A stretch of 64,000 nucleotides of DNA from an uncultured Eubacterium sp. (GCA_910583925.1 CAJTZJ010000004.1:12844-76843); one strand, 5' to 3'. Positions 36,337 to 45,682 are shown, counted from the first letter of the stretch. Notes: generated by a model not told the origin, from the sequence alone. Translations and numbers: made by a program.

Positions 36337-36375
36337 ATATACACCCCAAAAGTGTCTGACTTTTGGGGTGTATAT
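36337..36375. repeat. perfect 17-bp inverted repeat with a 5-nt loop
   Basis: ATATACACCCCAAAAGT-GTCTG-ACTTTTGGGGTGTATAT. There is no U-run on either side. It lies between the tRNA terminator and the 3' end of the MFS gene. Confidence 0.9.
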
Positions 36376-36421
36376 TATTAATGCGTGGCTGATTTCAATA
36401 CTGTGCTATAAAGTGATATTT

Positions 36422-37606
36422 TTATACTCTCTTTTTCTTATTTATTATTCTTACAAACAGCAGACAGATAATCATTGCTGCAGGGAAAATAACGGAGGAC
36501 AAAAGACCCTTTGCAATATTATCATTTGAGCCGGAAACAAAACCAACAATGGATGGTCCCACTGTGCAGCCCAAATCTCCGGCAAGGGCAAAGCTTGCAA
36601 ACATTGTTGTTGAAGCCTTCGGAATTTCTTTTGAAGCAATTGAAAATGCTCCGGGCCACATCGGCGCAACTGCAATACCGCAAAGTGCGCAGCCGATAAG
36701 TGAAACAATTGCATTGCCTGAAAGTGCAGCCAATAAATAAGCACCTATGCAGACAATGGCTCCCACTATAAGAATTTTTGTTATATCGGTTTTATCATCA
36801 ATTCTTGAATAAATCACTCTTGAAAGACCCATAAGAACTGCAAAGGCACACGGACCAAGCAAATCACCGATTGTTTTTGAAACCTGAAGTCCTGTTTCGG
36901 CAAAGGCAGATGCCCATTGGCTCATTGAAAGCTCACTTGCACCTGCGCATATCATTATTATGAGCATAAGCCAGAAAAGAGGATTTTTCAGCATATCGCT
37001 GAATTTTCCGCTCCCCTTTTCCTCTTCCAGCGTTCTGATTGGAACAAACATAAAAAGAAAGATATTGAAAAGCGGAATGATTGCCCATAAAACAGCAAGA
37101 AGGCGCCAATTGTCCATTCCCGCAAAACGGAAAAAGATTGTTGAGAATAAAACGATTGCGGCACAGCCCCAACAGTAAAAGGAATGAAGAAGTGCCATTG
37201 CCCTTGCTTTGTTTTTGGTTGGGCAGGCTTCAACAATGGGGGAAACAAGAACCTCATCAAATCCCCCGCCGACCGCATAAAAAATATCACAAAGAACAAA
37301 TCCGATATACGGGTTTTTAAAAATAAACGGAAAAACTGCAAGCCCTGCTGTTCCGATAACGGCACAGATGTTAGCAAAAATCATTCCGTTTCGGTAGCCT
37401 ATTTTCTTTATAAAAACAGGACAGAAAGCATCAATAAAAATTTCCGTAAAAAAGGTTATGGTTATAAGCACGGTAAGCTTTGTAAGTGAAAAGCCGAATT
37501 CCGTACCGAGTCTAACGAAAAGCAGAGGCAGAAATGTAGTTGTAATAGCCTGCGAAATATATGCAAGATAGCAGGCCAGCTGTGTATGTTTAAAAGTTAA
37601 TTTCAT
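36422..37606 (-). CDS. MFS transporter
   Basis: About 12 TM segments. I place the start at ATG 37606 (MKLTFKHTQL), preceded by GGTGA. The ORF track uses the TTG at 37624. Confidence 0.85.
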   Translation of the reverse strand: MKLTFKHTQLACYLAYISQAITTTFLPLLFVRLGTEFGFSLTKLTVLITITFFTEIFIDAFCPVFIKKIGYRNGMIFANICAVIGTAGLAVFPFIFKNPYIGFVLCDIFYAVGGGFDEVLVSPIVEACPTKNKARAMALLHSFYCWGCAAIVLFSTIFFRFAGMDNWRLLAVLWAIIPLFNIFLFMFVPIRTLEEEKGSGKFSDMLKNPLFWLMLIIMICAGASELSMSQWASAFAETGLQVSKTIGDLLGPCAFAVLMGLSRVIYSRIDDKTDITKILIVGAIVCIGAYLLAALSGNAIVSLIGCALCGIAVAPMWPGAFSIASKEIPKASTTMFASFALAGDLGCTVGPSIVGFVSGSNDNIAKGLLSSVIFPAAMIICLLFVRIINKKKRV

Positions 37607-37794
37607 AAAATCACCAATATTCAATTAATAAACCAAACAAAAACAATCCAAAAGCGGTTGAATTGTTATCCTGCTTGCCGGCAGTAAGCATTATAAACGA
37701 TTATACTTTTATTTGCAACTTGAAAAAACAGTTGTTCAGTAGTAATATATTCATATGAAGAAACTATAGTAATGTGAAAGTACGAGGGATTATT

Positions 37795-38925
37795 ATGAAT
37801 TGGGAATTTAATCTTCCGGTAAAGCTTGTTTTCGGAAACGGAAAAAGGCATCATTTAAGTAAATATATTGATGAAATCGGCGGAAAGCAAGGCGTGCTTG
37901 TCTGCGGAAAAAGCTTTGTCAAAAACGGTGTGGCAGATGCGTTTATGAATCATTCAAACGGAAGAATAAAAGCGGTTTTCAGTGACATCCGCCCGAACCC
38001 TACAACAGACAATGTTGATGATTGTGTTAAGCTCATAAGAGAAATAAATGCCGATTTTGCAGTTGCGCTCGGCGGTGGCTCTCCGATGGATTGCTGCAAG
38101 GCAGCCTGTGCTATTGCAAAGGGAAATGATGTTATCCGCTCCTATCACAGCGAGGGCAAACCCGTTGCGGCAGAGGAAGCCATCCCTATGATTGCCTTTT
38201 CAACAACAAGCGGAACGGCATCAGAGGTAACCAATATTTCAGTTTTAACCGATGTCGAAAAAAATCTTAAAAACCCTATGAATGATCCTGCAATGTATCC
38301 GAAAATTGCAGTTATAGACCCGGAATTGACGCTTAGTGTGCCGAAACAGATAACGGCTTCAACAGGGCTTGATGTTTTAAGCCACGCAATTGAAAGTTAT
38401 TGGAGTACGCTGAACCAGCCTGTCTGCACTGCCTGCTCGATTTACAGTGCAAGGCTTGTTTTTGAGTGGCTTGAAAAAGCATATAATGAGCCTGATAATC
38501 TTGAGGCCAGAGAGAAAATGGCAGCGGCAAGCATAGTTGCAGGTGTTGCATTCAGTCATCCGAGAACAACCGGAAGCCACGCCTGCTCGTTTCCGCTAAC
38601 AAATATTTATGGTTTGCCCCACGGAGAAGCATGTGCCTTTACTTTGGATTATTTTATAAAATTTAATGCTGACAATGCAGATAAAGACGGAAGAATAACG
38701 GCGCTTGCCAAAGATCTTGGCTTTGACAGCCCTTATGCAATGGCAGAGGAAATTTCGGCAATGAAGGAAAGAATGGGTATGAAATCAAGGCTTTCTCAAA
38801 TCGGATGTAAAACAGAGGAACAGATTTCCGAACTAACAGAAAAAAGTATGAGTATGCTTATGGAACGAAATCCTGTTGTGTTAACAAAAGAAAACATTTA
38901 CGAAATGTATAAAAATTTAAAATGA
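37795..38925 (+). CDS. iron-containing (group III) alcohol dehydrogenase
   Basis: GGGSPMDCCKA nucleotide-binding motif and conserved His residues (LDVLSHAIE, HACSFPL). I place the start at ATG 37795 with a GAGGGA SD. Confidence 0.88.
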   Translation: MNWEFNLPVKLVFGNGKRHHLSKYIDEIGGKQGVLVCGKSFVKNGVADAFMNHSNGRIKAVFSDIRPNPTTDNVDDCVKLIREINADFAVALGGGSPMDCCKAACAIAKGNDVIRSYHSEGKPVAAEEAIPMIAFSTTSGTASEVTNISVLTDVEKNLKNPMNDPAMYPKIAVIDPELTLSVPKQITASTGLDVLSHAIESYWSTLNQPVCTACSIYSARLVFEWLEKAYNEPDNLEAREKMAAASIVAGVAFSHPRTTGSHACSFPLTNIYGLPHGEACAFTLDYFIKFNADNADKDGRITALAKDLGFDSPYAMAEEISAMKERMGMKSRLSQIGCKTEEQISELTEKSMSMLMERNPVVLTKENIYEMYKNLK

Positions 38926-39020
38926 GTTTAAAAACTGTACGCTGAGTTATGGTAAAATAGGTATAAGAATTGAAGGAGGGTATTTACAATGCCCTCCTTT
39001 AAAGCAATACGGGGGTATGT

Positions 39021-39923
39021 ATGGAAAAAATCAAAAAAGAATTAAAAAAGCTGAAATTCAGTAAATTTATTGTTCTGTTTTTTGCCGGTATTATAAATTC
39101 AATCGGTATAACAATGTTTCTGGCGCCTGTTCATTTGTATGACAGTGGATTTTCAGGAACCTCAATGCTGCTGTGGCAGATAACACCGGACAGCTATTCG
39201 CTTTCGCTGTTTCTTATTCTGCTCAATGTTCCGTTTTTTATTTACGGCTATCATAAGCAGGGGTTGTGCTTTACGGTGTATTCCGTGTTTGCCGTTTGCT
39301 CTTATTCTGCGGCTTCCTATATTTTTACATATGTAATTCCTTATGATTTTGCAGCAGCATCGCCGTTTGCAGGAAAGGATTTGCTGCTTTGCGCAATTTT
39401 CGGCGGTATTATTTCCGGTATAGGCAGCGGATTGACGATTCGCTGCGGCGGTGCGATAGACGGGATTGAGGTTATGGCGGTTATTTTTGCAAAGAAAATA
39501 GGAATAACCGTTGGTACCTTTGTTATGATTTATAATGCTGTTTTATACATTGTTGTGGGCATTATTCTTCAAAGCTTCATTCTTCCGCTATATTCCGTTA
39601 TTGCTTATGCTGCAGCAATCAAGGTTGTAGATTTTATTGTTGACGGCCTTGATAAGGCAAAAGCGGCGATGGTTATTACAACGAAAGCGGATGAAATCAG
39701 CGCGGCTTTATCTGAAGCCTTCGGATATGGTATTACCCATATTGACGCAAAGGGCTATTATAAAAACAGTAATCAGACGGTTATTTATTTTGCGGTAAAT
39801 CGTTTTCAGATTGCAAAAATGAAAAACATTATAGATGAGTATGACCCCGATGCGTTTGTTACGATTAATGAGGTTTCCGAATTTATGGGCAGCGATATCA
39901 GAATAAGAAAGAAGAGAAAATAA
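39021..39923 (+). CDS. YitT-family membrane protein (DUF2179 C-terminal domain)
   Basis: The N-terminal multi-TM region has FFAGIINSIGITMFLAP. The C-terminal soluble domain is TVIYFAVNRFQIAKMKNIIDEYDPDAFVTINEV. Confidence 0.8.
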   Translation: MEKIKKELKKLKFSKFIVLFFAGIINSIGITMFLAPVHLYDSGFSGTSMLLWQITPDSYSLSLFLILLNVPFFIYGYHKQGLCFTVYSVFAVCSYSAASYIFTYVIPYDFAAASPFAGKDLLLCAIFGGIISGIGSGLTIRCGGAIDGIEVMAVIFAKKIGITVGTFVMIYNAVLYIVVGIILQSFILPLYSVIAYAAAIKVVDFIVDGLDKAKAAMVITTKADEISAALSEAFGYGITHIDAKGYYKNSNQTVIYFAVNRFQIAKMKNIIDEYDPDAFVTINEVSEFMGSDIRIRKKRK

Positions 39924-39981
39924 TTGTGCATCCTGATAAATTATGTTAAAATGTAAAAAAACAAGCAAAGAGATGATGATT

Positions 39982-41079
39982 ATGAAAAAGTATTCAATAA
40001 AAGTTTTGTCAGCCGTTTTTGTATTCGTTTTTATATGTTCCGCCTTTGCAGGCTGCGACGCTTCGGCTGAGCCCGATGTTATCAGTATTTCTTCAGCAGG
40101 CGAAATAATTGCCGACATACATACTGCGGCACAGGAGCGCTATATCGGAAAATCATATACGAAAACAGGCACTGCAAACGGAAAAAAGGAAAAAAGCAGA
40201 CCCATGCCTGTTAAATTTCAATGGAATGCAGGGGATACAGATGATTATCTGTTCAGAATAAGCGAAAACAGTGATATGTCTGATGCTGATGTATACTCCG
40301 TTAATACAAATGAAATTGAAATATATAATCTTAAAATTGCAAAAACTTATTACTGGACAGTAGCGATAAACGGAAAAGAAAGCGAAATCAAAAGCTTTTC
40401 AACCTGTACGAATGCACCAAGAAATCTGTATGTAGATGGTGTAACCAATGTAAGAGATTTGGGCGGCTGGGAAACAGAAGACGGCATAAGAACAAATCAG
40501 AACCTTATTTTTCGCTGCGGCAGGCTGAATGAAAGCAGCGCCGAAAAACCGGTTATTGAAATAACAGATGCCGGGAAAGAGGTTATGCTCTATGAGCTTG
40601 GCATTAAAACGGAAATAGACCTGCGCAAAACAGATACGGGCGAAATTGGAGGAATAACGGAAAGCCCGCTCGGAAGCAATGTTCAATATGTAAGCTGCCC
40701 AATGGAATGGGAGGGAGATACCTTTAACGGCAATAAGGAACAGCTTTTAAAGGTTTTCTCAATTCTTGCCGATGAAAACAATTATCCTGTAATTTTTCAC
40801 TGTAACATCGGTACAGACAGAACAGGTATGATTGCTTATCTTATTAATGCACTTCTTGGTGTATCCGATGATGATTTGCACAGGGATTACCTTTTTTCAA
40901 ATTTCGGCAATATCGGGGGAAAGAGAAATGCAGGCGGACTTGAAGAAAGTGTTTATTATAAATCTGTTGCTGAGGCTGAGGGTGATACCTTAAGTGAAAA
41001 GGCATATCATTGCCTTGTTGATTTCGGCGTTCCGGCTGAACAGCTTGATGCAATCAGGGATATTTTATTGCCGCATTAA
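39982..41079 (+). CDS. lipoprotein tyrosine/dual-specificity phosphatase (CX5R)
   Basis: Lipobox signal peptide MKKYSIKVLSAVFVFVFICSAFAGC, an FN3-like N-domain, and the active site HCNIGTDRTG. The start at 39982 is preferred over the ORF-track 39943 because it gives a canonical lipoprotein signal. Confidence 0.8.
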   Translation: MKKYSIKVLSAVFVFVFICSAFAGCDASAEPDVISISSAGEIIADIHTAAQERYIGKSYTKTGTANGKKEKSRPMPVKFQWNAGDTDDYLFRISENSDMSDADVYSVNTNEIEIYNLKIAKTYYWTVAINGKESEIKSFSTCTNAPRNLYVDGVTNVRDLGGWETEDGIRTNQNLIFRCGRLNESSAEKPVIEITDAGKEVMLYELGIKTEIDLRKTDTGEIGGITESPLGSNVQYVSCPMEWEGDTFNGNKEQLLKVFSILADENNYPVIFHCNIGTDRTGMIAYLINALLGVSDDDLHRDYLFSNFGNIGGKRNAGGLEESVYYKSVAEAEGDTLSEKAYHCLVDFGVPAEQLDAIRDILLPH

Positions 41080-41082
41080 AAC

Positions 41083-41110
41083 GGAGGGCATCTGCCCTCC
41101 TTGCTTTTTT
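41083..41110 (+). terminator. intrinsic terminator
   Basis: GGAGGGCA-TC-TGCCCTCC followed by TTGCTTTTTT. Confidence 0.8.
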
Positions 41111-41136
41111 ACTTATGCAATAATACAAATTCTTTA

Positions 41137-41165
41137 TTGACTTAACATATTACATACTATATAAT
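41137..41165 (+). promoter_or_regulatory. sigma-A promoter of purA
   Basis: TTGACT, a 17-nt spacer, then TATAAT. It lies about 66 nt upstream of the purA ATG. Confidence 0.65.
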
Positions 41166-41231
41166 AATATGAGGCACGGGGTTTTTATGGATTTCCGAGC
41201 CTATTTTACTGTATAAATAGGAGTTATCATT

Positions 41232-42512
41232 ATGGTTAGAGCAATTGTAGGTGCCAACTGGGGCGATGAGGGCAAGGGTAAAATTACCGATATGTTTGCT
41301 TCCAAAGCTGATATCGTTATTCGCTTTCAGGGCGGTGCCAATGCGGGCCACACAATTATTAATGAACACGGAAGATTTGCACTTCATTTAATGCCGAGCG
41401 GAGTTTGCAGTGAAAATGCAACCTGTATTATCGGAAACGGTGTTGCACTTGATATAAATAAATTTATAAATGAGCTGGAAGAAATTAAAAAGGCAGGGCT
41501 TAATCCGAAGCTCCTTGTTTCGGAACGCTGCCAGATTCTTATGCCTTATCATATCCTGCTTGATGAATATGAAGAGGAACGGCTTGGAAAAGCTGCTTTC
41601 GGTTCAACAAAAAGCGGTATTGCTCCTTTCTTTTCAGATAAATATGCAAAAATCGGTATTCAGGTTAATGAGCTTTTTGATGATGAAACCTTAAAGGCAA
41701 AAATCAAAAATATCTGTACGCTCAAGAACTTAACATTAAAATATGTTTATAACAAGCCGCTTCTTGATGAGGACGAGCTTTTTGCAATCTGTATGGACTA
41801 TAAGAAAAAGATTGCTCCTTTCGTTTGCGATACGCATACATATATTCAGAATGCGATTAAAGAAGGGAAGGAAATTCTTCTTGAAGGTCAGCTCGGAACG
41901 CTTAAGGACCCTGATTTCGGAATTTATCCCATGGTTACCTCTTCTTCAACTCTTGCAGGCTATGGCTGTGTCGGTGCAGGTATTCCTGCAAATCAGATTA
42001 AGGATATTGTTGTTGTAACAAAGGCGTATTCAAGTGCTGTCGGAGCAGGCGAATTTGTTTCGGAAATCCTTGATGAAGATGAAGCACAGGAGCTTCGCAT
42101 CCACGGCGGCGATAAAGGCGAATTCGGTGCTACAACAGGAAGACCGCGCCGTGTAGGATGGTTCGACTGTGTTGCAACCCGCTATGGTGTTGAGTGTCAG
42201 GGGGCAACGCAGGTTGTTATGACTGCGCTGGACTGCCTTTCCTATCTTGAAGAAATCAAGGTTTGTGTTGGTTATGAGCTTGACGGCGAGGTTATTGATT
42301 ATTTCCCTACAACGCCAAGCTTAAAGAAATGTAAGCCTGTTCTTAAAACCTTAAAGGGATGGCACTGCGATATTAAAGGTATCAGAAATTATAATGAGCT
42401 TCCGCAGGAAACAAGAGATTATGTTGAATTCATTGAAAAGGAAATCGGTTTTCCGATTACAATGGTTTCAAACGGCCCGGAAAGAGAAGCAATTATTTAC
42501 AGAAACAAGTAA
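41232..42512 (+). CDS. purA: adenylosuccinate synthase
   Basis: 426 aa with the GANWGDEGKGKITD P-loop, GGANAGHT and GTTGRGIGP-equivalent GATTGRPRR. Confidence 0.97.
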   Translation: MVRAIVGANWGDEGKGKITDMFASKADIVIRFQGGANAGHTIINEHGRFALHLMPSGVCSENATCIIGNGVALDINKFINELEEIKKAGLNPKLLVSERCQILMPYHILLDEYEEERLGKAAFGSTKSGIAPFFSDKYAKIGIQVNELFDDETLKAKIKNICTLKNLTLKYVYNKPLLDEDELFAICMDYKKKIAPFVCDTHTYIQNAIKEGKEILLEGQLGTLKDPDFGIYPMVTSSSTLAGYGCVGAGIPANQIKDIVVVTKAYSSAVGAGEFVSEILDEDEAQELRIHGGDKGEFGATTGRPRRVGWFDCVATRYGVECQGATQVVMTALDCLSYLEEIKVCVGYELDGEVIDYFPTTPSLKKCKPVLKTLKGWHCDIKGIRNYNELPQETRDYVEFIEKEIGFPITMVSNGPEREAIIYRNK

Positions 42513-42542
42513 GAATCCTATTGATCTAACCGAGAAAAATAC

Positions 42543-42577
42543 AGAGGGCATGCAGATGCCCTCTTGTTTTGTTTTTT
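42543..42577 (+). terminator. intrinsic terminator of purA
   Basis: AGAGGGCAT-GCAG-ATGCCCTCT followed by TGTTTTGTTTTTT. Confidence 0.85.
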
Positions 42578-42615
42578 CAGCAACATGCAATTGTAAAGTG
42601 CATTAAAATATATCC

Positions 42616-42644
42616 TTGAATTCCTACTGAAATTGTAGTATTAT
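42616..42644 (+). promoter_or_regulatory. promoter of the Rrf2 gene with an embedded operator-like site
   Basis: TTGAAT, a 17-nt spacer, then TATTAT. The spacer plus -35 contains GAATTCCTACTGAAATTGTAG (42618-42638). That shares AATTCCTACT with the palindrome at 43251-43274. Confidence 0.55.
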
Positions 42645-42665
42645 GATAACACAGAGGTGAAGCAA

Positions 42666-43097
42666 TTGAAAATTTCTACAAAAGGCAGATATGCGCTCAG
42701 GCTTATGCTTGATCTGGCTGTAAATAATACAGGCGAAAATATTTCTATAAAAGCAATTGCTGCAAGGCAGGAAATAAGCATAAAATATCTTGAACAGATT
42801 ATTTCCATGCTTAACCGTGCAGGTTTTGTTAAAAGCGAAAGAGGCGCCGGGGGTGGCTATCGTCTTGCGAAAGCACCTGAGGAATATACTGTAGGAATGA
42901 TACTTCGTTTAACAGAGGGCAGCCTTGCTCCTGTTGCGTGCATAGAAGAAGCCGAGCAGTGCTCCCGTTATTCCGAGTGTGCAACGATTGCCGTTTGGGA
43001 AAAATTAAATACGGCAATTAATCATGTTGTTGATAATATTACTCTTGCAGATTTGGTTGAAGAGCAGAAAAATAAACATACCGATTTTGTCATATAA
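42666..43097 (+). CDS. Rrf2-family transcriptional regulator (CymR/IscR-like)
   Basis: KISTKGRYALRLMLDLA at the N-terminus and an HTH at ISIKAIAARQEISIKYLEQII. I prefer the TTG at 42666 (AGAGGTGA SD 5 nt upstream). The ORF-track GTG at 42657 lies inside that SD. Two Cys residues (C95, C102) and no obvious third ligand make it CymR-like rather than clearly cluster-binding. Confidence 0.88.
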   Translation: MKISTKGRYALRLMLDLAVNNTGENISIKAIAARQEISIKYLEQIISMLNRAGFVKSERGAGGGYRLAKAPEEYTVGMILRLTEGSLAPVACIEEAEQCSRYSECATIAVWEKLNTAINHVVDNITLADLVEEQKNKHTDFVI

Positions 43098-43210
43098 ACA
43101 TAAAGCCGATTTGCTTCTCTTAAATGAAGAGAGATGGATACGATACACACGGGGAATTCATATCATTTATGAATCAATCGGCAATATTTAAAATTTTTCC
43201 AAAAAAGCAC

Positions 43211-43239
43211 TTGACAATTGTTTTGTGAAATGCTATTCT
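43211..43239 (+). promoter_or_regulatory. sigma-A promoter of the metY-cysK-nifS-nifU operon
   Basis: TTGACA, a 17-nt spacer, then TATTCT with a TG extension (TGCTATTCT). Confidence 0.65.
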
Positions 43240-43250
43240 TTTATCAAGCT

Positions 43251-43274
43251 AATTCCTACTAAGTTTATAGGAAT
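43251..43274. promoter_or_regulatory. palindromic operator (candidate Rrf2/CymR site)
   Basis: AATTCCTA-CTAAGTTTA-TAGGAAT has perfect 7-bp arms ATTCCTA/TAGGAAT. It starts 12 nt downstream of the -10 hexamer. Confidence 0.55.
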
Positions 43275-43304
43275 GGTGGTAATTAATCTGAAGGGAGAAA
43301 AATA

Positions 43305-43376
43305 ATGAAGAAATTTTTTAGGCAAAATAAATTATTATATATCCTATCTATGCGAATGCCGCGGTGCTGCTGTTGA
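43305..43376 (+). CDS. 23-codon upstream ORF ending Cys-Cys-Cys (candidate leader peptide)
   Basis: Own translation: MKKFFRQNKLLYILSMRMPRCCC-stop. The GGGAG SD is 7 nt upstream of the ATG. TGC TGC TGT TGA lies at 43365-43376. The ORF sits in the leader of a cysteine/homocysteine synthesis operon. Confidence 0.5.
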   Translation: MKKFFRQNKLLYILSMRMPRCCC

Positions 43377-43441
43377 TTTTAATTGTTTTTTAAGATGAAA
43401 ATAAATTTAAAACATATATTTAATTTAAGGAGATTTTAATT

Positions 43442-44728
43442 ATGTCAGATCATAAATATCATTTTGAAACACTTCAGCTTCATGTAGGACAGGAAAACCC
43501 GGATCCTGCAACGGATGCAAGAGCTGTTCCGATTTACCAAACAACCTCTTATGTATTCAAAAACAGCGAACACGCCGAAGCCAGATTCAATCTTACGGAT
43601 GCCGGAAATATTTACGGCAGATTAACAAACTCAACACAAGGTGTGTTTGAAGAAAGAATTGCTGCGCTCGAGGGCGGTGTGGCTGCTCTTGCTACTGCAT
43701 CGGGTGCTGCTGCACTGGCTTATACTTTTCAAGCGCTTGCAAAGGCGGGCGATCATATTGTAAGTGCCAAAACAATTTACGGCGGAACCTATAACTATCT
43801 TGCACACACTTTCCCGGAGCATGGCGTTAAAACAACATTTGTTGATCCGGATAATCTTTCAAACTTTGAAGATGCAATTCAGGAAAATACAAAGGCAATA
43901 TTCTTTGAAACGCTCGGAAACCCGAATTCAAATCTGATTGATATTGAAGCACTTTCCGAGATTGCACATAAGCATAATATTCCGCTCGTTGCCGATGCAA
44001 CCTTTACAACACCATATCTTCTTCGTGCAATTGATTATGGTGTGGATATCGTTGTGCACAGTGCAACAAAGTTTATCGGCGGGCATGGAACAACCCTTGG
44101 CGGTGTGATTGTAGACAGCGGAAAGTTTGATTGGACGGCAAGCGGAAAATTTCCTCAGCTAAGCGATCCGAACGAAAGCTATCACGGAATCAGCTTTGTT
44201 GCAGCAGCAGGTCCTGCAGCGTTTGTTACCTATATTCGTGCAATTCTTTTAAGAGATACGGGTGCGGCGATTTCTCCGTTCAATGCCTTTCTTCTTTTAC
44301 AGGGTGTTGAAACACTTTCTCTCCGTGTAGACCGACATGTTGAAAACACAAAGAAGGTAATTGAATATCTTTCAAAGCATCCGCTTGTTGAAAAAATCAA
44401 TCATCCGTCTCTGGATGACAGATATAAGGAGCTATACAATAAATATTTCCCGAACGGAGCAGGCTCTATCTTTACCTTTGATATTAAGGGAACGGAAACA
44501 GATGCTAAGAAATTCATTGATAATCTTAAAATTTTCTCTCTTCTTGCAAATGTTGCTGATGTTAAATCTCTTGTTATTCATCCGAAAACAACAACGCATT
44601 CTCAGCTTTCCGAAGCAGAATTTGAAGAGCAGAACATCCATGATAACACGATTAGGCTTTCAATCGGTACAGAACATATAGACGACATTATCCACGATTT
44701 GAATCAGGCATTCAAGGCAATTCAGTAA
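43442..44728 (+). CDS. metY: O-acetylhomoserine (thiol)-lyase / sulfhydrylase (PLP-dependent)
   Basis: 428 aa. [25 protein letters not shown] and the [13 protein letters not shown]-lysine motif. Confidence 0.92.
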   Translation: MSDHKYHFETLQLHVGQENPDPATDARAVPIYQTTSYVFKNSEHAEARFNLTDAGNIYGRLTNSTQGVFEERIAALEGGVAALATASGAAALAYTFQALAKAGDHIVSAKTIYGGTYNYLAHTFPEHGVKTTFVDPDNLSNFEDAIQENTKAIFFETLGNPNSNLIDIEALSEIAHKHNIPLVADATFTTPYLLRAIDYGVDIVVHSATKFIGGHGTTLGGVIVDSGKFDWTASGKFPQLSDPNESYHGISFVAAAGPAAFVTYIRAILLRDTGAAISPFNAFLLLQGVETLSLRVDRHVENTKKVIEYLSKHPLVEKINHPSLDDRYKELYNKYFPNGAGSIFTFDIKGTETDAKKFIDNLKIFSLLANVADVKSLVIHPKTTTHSQLSEAEFEEQNIHDNTIRLSIGTEHIDDIIHDLNQAFKAIQ

Positions 44729-44752
44729 TTTTTAAACGAAAGGAAAAGGACT

Positions 44753-45682
44753 ATGGCAATTTATAATAATGTAACGGAATTAATCGGAAAAACACCAATT
44801 TTAAAGCTTAATAATTATTCGGAAAAAGAGGCTATTGAAGCAAATATTTTTGCAAAGCTTGAATATTTTAATCCGGCAGGCTCAGTTAAGGACAGAGTTG
44901 CAGCTGCAATGATTTCTGCCGCAGAGGAGAATGGAATTCTGAAGCCGGGTGCAACAATTATTGAGCCAACTTCGGGCAATACAGGTATAGGGCTTGCAAG
45001 TGTAGGAACGGCAAAGGGCTACAAGGTTATTCTTACCATGCCGGAAACAATGAGCGTTGAACGCAGGAATCTTGTTAAGGCTTATGGTGCAGAAGTTGTT
45101 TTAACTGAGGGTGCACTCGGAATGACCGGTGCAATCAAAAAGGCAGAGGATTTAAAAAATGAAATTGACGGCGCAGTTATTTTAGGGCAGTTTGTTAATC
45201 CTGCAAATCCTAAAGCACACTATGATACAACGGGCCCTGAAATCTGGGCTGATTTGGAAGGCAGAATTGATGCCTTTGTTGCCGGTGTCGGAACAGGCGG
45301 AACCGTTTCGGGTATCGGAAAATATTTAAAAGAAAAAAATCCGAATATAAAGGTGTTTGCTGTTGAGCCATCAAGCTCTCCTGTTCTTTCAGAGGGACAC
45401 GGCGGTGCACATAAAATTCAGGGCATCGGTGCCGGCTTTGTTCCCGATACGCTTAATACGGAAATTTATGATGAAGTCATTACGGTTCCGAACGAAGCCG
45501 CCTTTGAAACGGGAAATAAAATTGCAAAAGCAGAGGGTATTCTTGTTGGTATTTCAAGCGGTGCAGCACTTTGGGCTGCTCAGCAGATTGCAGCAAGAGA
45601 TGAATTCAAGGGCAAGAATATCGTAGTTCTTCTTCCGGATACAGGCGAAAGATATCTTTCAACAGCGCTTTTTCATAATTAA
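44753..45682 (+). CDS. cysK: cysteine synthase A (O-acetylserine sulfhydrylase)
   Basis: 309 aa. [20 protein letters not shown] and [10 protein letters not shown] motifs. Confidence 0.95.
   Translation: MAIYNNVTELIGKTPILKLNNYSEKEAIEANIFAKLEYFNPAGSVKDRVAAAMISAAEENGILKPGATIIEPTSGNTGIGLASVGTAKGYKVILTMPETMSVERRNLVKAYGAEVVLTEGALGMTGAIKKAEDLKNEIDGAVILGQFVNPANPKAHYDTTGPEIWADLEGRIDAFVAGVGTGGTVSGIGKYLKEKNPNIKVFAVEPSSSPVLSEGHGGAHKIQGIGAGFVPDTLNTEIYDEVITVPNEAAFETGNKIAKAEGILVGISSGAALWAAQQIAARDEFKGKNIVVLLPDTGERYLSTALFHN

Noticed and set aside
38965-39000. The AAGGAGGG-N11-CCCTCCTT hairpin after the alcohol dehydrogenase gene, as a terminator.
   Set aside because: The stem is real, but no U-run follows and the loop is large. 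It may simply overlap SD-like sequence for the next gene, so I did not list it as a feature.
41166-41231. A purine riboswitch or PurR PurBox in the purA leader.
   Set aside because: The leader is only about 60 nt and lacks the purine-riboswitch junction sequences. ATTTCCGAGCCTA matches the B. subtilis PurBox consensus AWWWCCGAACWWT at only about 10 of 13 positions, and no convincing inverted partner is present.
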